From: Gemmatimonadota bacterium
Lineage (GTDB): Bacteria; Gemmatimonadota; Gemmatimonadetes; Gemmatimonadales; GWC2-71-9
DNA: 13,468 bases
Direction of reading: 5' to 3'
Assembly: GCA_039586365.1 (NCBI GenBank)
Contig: JBDHKN010000110.1
Span: 1 to 13,468 of the forward strand
Shown: in pieces, positions 8,708-13,468 of the stretch
Position numbering within the stretch: the first letter of the stretch is position 1
How the letters are laid out: each line of letters begins with the position of its first letter
Program-made: the position numbers and the translations under genes
Notes under the pieces: model-generated
What the model was told of the DNA's origin: nothing
The model's input: the letters and a program-made list of their open reading frames with translations, nothing else
The model's database searches: none

Positions 8708-8823
8708 TTCCGTGGCCGACATCCACCCTCGCCGAGTCCGCGAGGTGACCGGACGCCAAAGGAGAGACAGCAATTGGCAGATCTGATTGGAGTACCCCGG
8801 TCTCGTGCCAGAGGAAGGTCATA

Positions 8824-9975
8824 GTGCTGCGTGTCCTCACGATCGGGCACTCATATGTCGTGACACAGAACCAGGCTGTCCCGGCAGCGATCGCCACGGA
8901 TCCCCGAATTGACTTGACGCTCGCAGCTCCCACTTACCACTACGGCGATCTCCAACCGCTCAAGCTGGAGCGAATCAGTCACCCCGACTATCGCATAGCA
9001 CCCCTTCGCGCCTGGTTCACACGCACGAACCACTCTACGTGGTATAGCCCTCTCGCTCTGCGACGTCTTGTCCGAGAGGGCGATTTCGACGTCGTCCATG
9101 CTTGGGAAGAGCCTTACACTCTGCCAGGCTACCAGATTGGCCGGATCGCGGGTCGGACAGGCGCCAAGTTCTTCTTCCGTACGGCACAGAGCATCGTGAA
9201 GTCATACCCATGGCCCTTCAGCACCTTTGAGCGGGCGACTCTCGCACGGGCCGACGGCTGGGTTGCAGGTGGGGGCCTCGTGTACAACGCAATGATCCGA
9301 AAGGGTTTCCCGGCAGCCAGAGGGCGTGTCATCACCTTGGGAGTCGACATGGATCACTTCCACCCAATCGACGAAGTCGAGCGTGAAGCAGTGCGGGATT
9401 CATTGAGGCTGGAGCAACCGGTAATAGGCTTCGTGGGACGCTTGGTGGCGGCCAAAGGACTCGACGTCCTGATGCAAGCCCTCGAGCGCGTGCCAAACCC
9501 TTGGAGCTTGTTGGTACTTGGCTCGGGCCCATATGAGCAACGAATCCTCTCCTGGGCGGAACGTAATGGATGGTCCGAGCGGGTGCGGGTTCTGTTGGCC
9601 AGGCACGATGAGGTCCCGCGCTACCTTAACGCTATGGAGGTCCTTGCAGCCCCTTCGCAGACGACCCCGACCTGGAAAGAACAGTTCGGTCGCATGGTAA
9701 TTGAGGCCTTCGCTTGCAGAGTCCCCGTGATCGGATCGGATTCGGGTGAGATACCATACGTAGTCGATGATGCAGGGATGATCGTCCCCGAGTCGGATGT
9801 GGACGGTTGGGCTCAGGCAATCACGAGCCTAATTGGAGACACAGAACGACGCAGCAAACTCGCAGACAGAGGCCACGACCGATGTCGCGAGCGCTATGAT
9901 GTGCACGCCGTAGCAAGGCAATACGTAGAGTTCTACGTAGATCTCACGAGTGCGACCTCTGGCGTAGCGTGTTAG
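8824..9975 (+). CDS. Glycosyltransferase family 4 (GT-B), HpsO-like subtype
   Basis: 383 aa. Motifs: LRVLTIGHSYVV..N, DVVHAWEEPY, IGFVGRLV..KGLDVL, LGSGP, and PSQTTPTWKEQFGRMVIEAFACRVPVIGSDSGEIPYVV (EX7E). The SD-like sequence AGAGGAAGG precedes the GTG. Confidence 0.9.
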   Translation: MLRVLTIGHSYVVTQNQAVPAAIATDPRIDLTLAAPTYHYGDLQPLKLERISHPDYRIAPLRAWFTRTNHSTWYSPLALRRLVREGDFDVVHAWEEPYTLPGYQIGRIAGRTGAKFFFRTAQSIVKSYPWPFSTFERATLARADGWVAGGGLVYNAMIRKGFPAARGRVITLGVDMDHFHPIDEVEREAVRDSLRLEQPVIGFVGRLVAAKGLDVLMQALERVPNPWSLLVLGSGPYEQRILSWAERNGWSERVRVLLARHDEVPRYLNAMEVLAAPSQTTPTWKEQFGRMVIEAFACRVPVIGSDSGEIPYVVDDAGMIVPESDVDGWAQAITSLIGDTERRSKLADRGHDRCRERYDVHAVARQYVEFYVDLTSATSGVAC

Positions 9976-9991
9976 CAGCTGAGCAGCGCAG

Positions 9992-11104
9992 ATGAACAGA
10001 GTAGCATACCTTTTTCCACAGGGAGACCTGGGTGGTGCAGAAATCGCTACCACTCGGATAGCCGAGGCTCATGACCGGCAGCGCTATGTTCCCGTGGCTC
10101 TCCTTCTGACTGATGGCCCGCTGGCTGAGCGATTGCGCAAAGCGGATATCGATGTTCGGGTAGCGCCGTCGCGTCCCCACCTCGCCAATACCCGCCAGCG
10201 ACGCCAGGTGCGCGAGTGGATTGCAGTCCAACTCCGTAGTAACAGCACCCCACTGCTGCACTCCGTCATGGCATGGGCCCATGCGCTGGCTGCACCGGGT
10301 GCCGCGGCGGCCGGTGCCCGCGCCATATGGTTTCAGCACAACCGACCGCAGCTTGCCAGCTTGATCGATTGGTGGGCGGCCTTGAACGACGCTTCCCTGA
10401 TCATTACGAACTCACTATTTACGGCACGACTCCAACGCAGATTGAACGTGGTGCGGCGCCGCATCGAGGTGGTATACCCCCCCGTGGTGCCGCCCCAAGG
10501 AGGGTATGATGTGGCGGAGATACGCGGCGCATTGGGGTTCACAGACAGCGATCTGATAGCCCTGCTGCCCGCCCGACTCCAGCGCTGGAAGGGCCAAGAC
10601 ATCGCGATCCGCTCTCTCGCCACGGCAGCGCGCCAAGTACCGCGACTTCACCTGCTCCTGGCGGGTGATACTCTATTCGGTCTAGAACGCGACTACCGCA
10701 GCGAACTTGAGCAGTTGGCGGACCAATTGGGGGTGTCAAAGCGGCTACGCTTCGCGGGACACCGGGATGATATGGGAGCCCTATATCAAGCCAGCGACAT
10801 GGTCTTGCATACCAGTCGAGAGCCCGAACCATACGGTCTTTCGATAGCCGAGGCTCGCGCGCACGGTTGTGCCATAGTCGCGAGCGACGCCGGAGCCATC
10901 CCCGAGCAGATAGCCCACGATCGAAACGGTCTTCTGGTCAAGCCAGGCCGCCCAGAGGCTCTGGGTCTGGCCATGGTTCGGTTGGCGAATCAACCAGAGC
11001 TACGCCGGAGATTGGGCGCCGCCGCCGCCTCGGATACTGTTGTGACTCCTACCTCTGCTGCCAGACAACTGGAAGAACTCTACGATCAGGTGCTGGAACA
11101 GTGA
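9992..11104 (+). CDS. Glycosyltransferase family 4 (GT-B)
   Basis: 370 aa. Motifs: GDLGGAE, DGPLAERL, IITNS, PARLQRWKGQD, LLLAG, FAGHRDDM..LYQASD, and PEPYGLSIAEA...IVASDAGAIPEQI....NGLLV (EX7E). Confidence 0.9.
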   Translation: MNRVAYLFPQGDLGGAEIATTRIAEAHDRQRYVPVALLLTDGPLAERLRKADIDVRVAPSRPHLANTRQRRQVREWIAVQLRSNSTPLLHSVMAWAHALAAPGAAAAGARAIWFQHNRPQLASLIDWWAALNDASLIITNSLFTARLQRRLNVVRRRIEVVYPPVVPPQGGYDVAEIRGALGFTDSDLIALLPARLQRWKGQDIAIRSLATAARQVPRLHLLLAGDTLFGLERDYRSELEQLADQLGVSKRLRFAGHRDDMGALYQASDMVLHTSREPEPYGLSIAEARAHGCAIVASDAGAIPEQIAHDRNGLLVKPGRPEALGLAMVRLANQPELRRRLGAAAASDTVVTPTSAARQLEELYDQVLEQ

Positions 11105-11106
11105 GA

Positions 11107-12234
11107 ATGCGCATCGCCTTCGCGATCCATGATGCCCGAGTTGGCGGTGGCCAGGACCGCTACGGCCTGGAACTGGTCAATGGGCTTTCTCAACATCACG
11201 ACGTCATGCTGTTTGCGCGATCTGCCCAGGGGCTGGCTCCAGGCGTCACGTTCCACCAGATCAATACGCCGGATCGCCCCGCAGCGCTCCGCGCCCGGGT
11301 CTTCAGTGGCCGAGTGAGCCGGTACCTCACTTCAAGCGAGTGGGATATCGTCCATACTGTTGGCGGCGCCCTGGAGGGTGCCACCGTTATCACAGCACAA
11401 TACTGCCACACGGCCGCACGCGCCGCGGCTCGGCGCTGGCCTTCGGAACTCGTACCTCCCCTCGAGAGAGGGTACCGAGTATTCAATTCCATCGCTGCCG
11501 TCCGGAGCGAGCGTCGCGCCGCCCAACACCCAAGACTCCGGGCTCTCATAGCCGTATCTCGACGGACGCTCCGCGAGTGGTGCGACAGCTACCAGGCAGC
11601 ACCGCCACTGCAGGCGGTGATCCCGAACGGGGTCGATTGCAGCCGCTTCAAACCCGGCGACGGCTGCGAGCGACGAGCGCTCGGAGACGAACTGGGCATT
11701 CCGGAGTCGGGCCGAATCCTGCTGCTGGTGGGCGCCCTGGTCCGGAAGGGCGTCGAGACCGCTCTGCGAGCGTTGCCGTCGCTACCTCCGCATACCTACT
11801 TGGTGGCAGTTGGAGCTGGACCGCAATCTCGAGTTACCGCCCTGGCGGAAAAACTCGGCGTTCAGAACCGTGTTCGGCTGGTGCTTCCGGCGCCCGATGT
11901 CGAACGGTACTTCCGCGCCGCAGACGTCTTCTTCTTCCCCACGCGGTACGAGCCCTTTGGAATGGTCATCGCTGAAGCCTGGGCCGCTGGTCTTCCAGTG
12001 GTGGCTGCAGAAACAGCAGGTGCTCTCGAGTGGGCGACCGCCGGTGAAGATGTTCTGACCGTCGCGGATGCCGGTGATGCCGCAGCGTTTGCCGCGGCGG
12101 CTGATCGGATCCTGAATGACTCCCGAACCGCGCGGCAGCTTGCGGAGCGAGGTCGCGCCCTGGCACAGCAACTCACTTGGGACCATGTCATCCGGGAGAC
12201 GGAGACGCTGTACGAACGCGTTCTGGGATTCTGA
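11107..12234 (+). CDS. Glycosyltransferase family 4 (GT-B)
   Basis: The ORF-track start at 10867 overlaps the previous gene by more than 200 nt and is unlikely. The probable start is ATG 11107 (MRIAFAIHDARVGGGQDRY), or the in-frame GTG 11101 that overlaps the upstream TGA. Motifs: IAVS, VIPNGVD..RF, LLVGALVRKG, and YFRAADVFFFPTRYEPFGMVIAEAWAAGLPVV (EX7E). Confidence 0.88.
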   Translation: MRIAFAIHDARVGGGQDRYGLELVNGLSQHHDVMLFARSAQGLAPGVTFHQINTPDRPAALRARVFSGRVSRYLTSSEWDIVHTVGGALEGATVITAQYCHTAARAAARRWPSELVPPLERGYRVFNSIAAVRSERRAAQHPRLRALIAVSRRTLREWCDSYQAAPPLQAVIPNGVDCSRFKPGDGCERRALGDELGIPESGRILLLVGALVRKGVETALRALPSLPPHTYLVAVGAGPQSRVTALAEKLGVQNRVRLVLPAPDVERYFRAADVFFFPTRYEPFGMVIAEAWAAGLPVVAAETAGALEWATAGEDVLTVADAGDAAAFAAAADRILNDSRTARQLAERGRALAQQLTWDHVIRETETLYERVLGF

Positions 12235-12303
12235 CCGGCCGACCCGTGGCACCTGCGCAGGTTTCTCACCGATGGTGATTCAACTGGCGACGGAAACACA
12301 GGT

Positions 12304-13179
12304 ATGAGTTGGCTGGCGCGCATCGTGGGTCGTCTACCACCAAAGTGGATCAAGGCCGCAGCCCGCCTGCAGTGGCGTCATCCGTATCTGAAATGGGCCT
12401 TCGACCGAGTCGCAGCCTTGATTCGCTCCGGCGAACACACCATTCAACAAGGTGCTGGGAAGGGCCTGCGATTCGCACCAGGCAGTTCCAAAGCGGGATA
12501 CGTGCTAGGGACATCAGAGCCGCGCGTACAGCAGGCACTGGCACTGCTGCTCCAGCCAGGGATGGTGGTGTTCGATGTTGGGGCACATGTGGGTTTCCTT
12601 TCCGTAATTGCCGCCAACCTGGTGGGGCAGCAGGGGCAGGTCGTCTGTTTTGAACCACTGGAAGACAACTGTCGGCTGATCGAACGAAATGCGAAACTGA
12701 ACGGCTTCTCGCACATCTCTGTACGGTGCGAAGCTTTGGGTGACGGCGATGGGATAGCACGGTTCGTCACGTCGGCTGTTGCATCTTGGGGCAGGCTTGC
12801 CCAGATCTCAGACAGCGTGGCGAACCAGACTGGAGAAGTCGATGTAGCTGTCCGGCGGTTGGATGGCCTCGTCGCGGAACGAAGGATCCCGCCACCGCAT
12901 TTCATCAAAATCGATGCGGAAGGGGCCGAGGCCCTATTGCTAGTTGGAGCCAGGGACCTCCTCGCCAGCCACAGCCCCGTGTTGTTGATCGAGCTCCATG
13001 GCACCAATCGGGAGGTCGCGGACATCCTTGACGCTCATGGATATCGCACCATCGTCCTTGGTTCGGGAACGGGAATCAGGACGGCGCCATGGGACGCCCA
13101 TGTGGTGGCCTTCCCCACCGCACTGGAGACTGTCGCCGCTCTAGTCCCCGCACTCACCGATCCGAGGTTGTCGATCTAG
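12304..13179 (+). CDS. FkbM-family SAM-dependent methyltransferase
   Basis: 291 aa. Motifs: GTSEP, VFDVGAHVG (motif I), VCFEP, IERNAKLNG, RRLDGL, FIKIDAEGAE and PVLLIELH, the standard FkbM/Methyltransf_21 pattern. Confidence 0.9.
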   Translation: MSWLARIVGRLPPKWIKAAARLQWRHPYLKWAFDRVAALIRSGEHTIQQGAGKGLRFAPGSSKAGYVLGTSEPRVQQALALLLQPGMVVFDVGAHVGFLSVIAANLVGQQGQVVCFEPLEDNCRLIERNAKLNGFSHISVRCEALGDGDGIARFVTSAVASWGRLAQISDSVANQTGEVDVAVRRLDGLVAERRIPPPHFIKIDAEGAEALLLVGARDLLASHSPVLLIELHGTNREVADILDAHGYRTIVLGSGTGIRTAPWDAHVVAFPTALETVAALVPALTDPRLSI

Positions 13180-13251
13180 ACCAGCCGGCCCCCGACCCGC
13201 GACAGCCAGCAACATTGCGCCGGGCCATAATCCGTGCCACCTTCGTACCCC

Positions 13252-13468
13252 GTGACCCGGGTTCTCATCGTCCCCGACCTACCCATGGAACACTGGCCCT
13301 CGATGGACCGATACGCCACGAGGTTGGTGAGATATATGGCGGGGCATACCGACTACATCGAGATAACTGTCGCCACCAAGATCGCACAACTCACGGTAGA
13401 TGACGGTGGCGGCCGAAAAGGTCGGCAGGAGTCAGGTCCCCGTCCCATATCACTCGAGCCCAGTGTAA
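13252..13468 (+). CDS. Probable glycosyltransferase family 4, N-terminal part only (runs off the window)
   Basis: Translated by hand, as it is absent from the ORF track: MTRVLIVPDLPMEHWPSMDRYATRLVRYMAGHTDYIEITVATKIAQLTVDDGGGRKGRQESGPRPISLEPSV... The frame is open to the end of the window. The beta-strand + D-x-x-x-E-x-W-P-S-M-D-x-Y-A-x-x-L start resembles GT4 N-termini, and the context fits. An alternative in-frame GTG lies at 13234. Confidence 0.7.
   Translation, partial: MTRVLIVPDLPMEHWPSMDRYATRLVRYMAGHTDYIEITVATKIAQLTVDDGGGRKGRQESGPRPISLEPSV

Noticed and set aside
8227..10483. C7 runs at 8227..8233 and 10477..10483 as phase-variation sites
   Set aside because: They are short and explained by Pro-Pro codons in GC-rich sequence.
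10867..11106. 80-aa N-terminal extension of the 10867..12234 ORF
   Set aside because: It overlaps the conserved C-terminus of the upstream GT4 in another frame. The GT4 fold begins at MRIAFA (11107).
13089..13403. 104-aa plus-strand ORF
   Set aside because: It overlaps fkbM and the more convincing GT4 frame starting at 13252.
1..13468. CRISPR arrays, IS elements, tRNA/rRNA, tandem repeats and intrinsic terminators
   Set aside because: I saw no periodic repeats, transposase or integrase motifs, RNA-gene signatures, or hairpins followed by a U-tract.

Overview
This GC-rich bacterial window is a slice of a large Wzx/Wzy-type surface-polysaccharide (EPS/capsule/O-glycan) locus, with two divergent arms that both run off the window edges. 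The minus arm carries a WecA/TagO-type initiating phosphoglycosyltransferase (779..2245) with an unusual ~150-aa soluble, GAF-like C-terminal tail and an in-frame G9 tract. It is translationally coupled to a WfcD-like GT4 (<1..782) that the ORF track misses. The plus arm carries a Wzx flippase, a Wzy/O-antigen-ligase-like membrane protein, GT4, GT4, GT2, GT4, GT4, GT4, an FkbM methyltransferase and the start of another probable GT4 (13252..>13468, also missing from the ORF track). No RNA genes, mobile elements, CRISPR arrays, nucleotide-sugar synthesis genes or Wzz/Wzc/Wza genes were recognised. The most notable signals are the putative GAF-like tail on the priming enzyme, the G9 slippage-prone tract in the same gene, and a resemblance of the Wzy/GT4 pair to cyanobacterial HpsL/HpsO. 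All family assignments come from reading motifs by eye, not from database searches.
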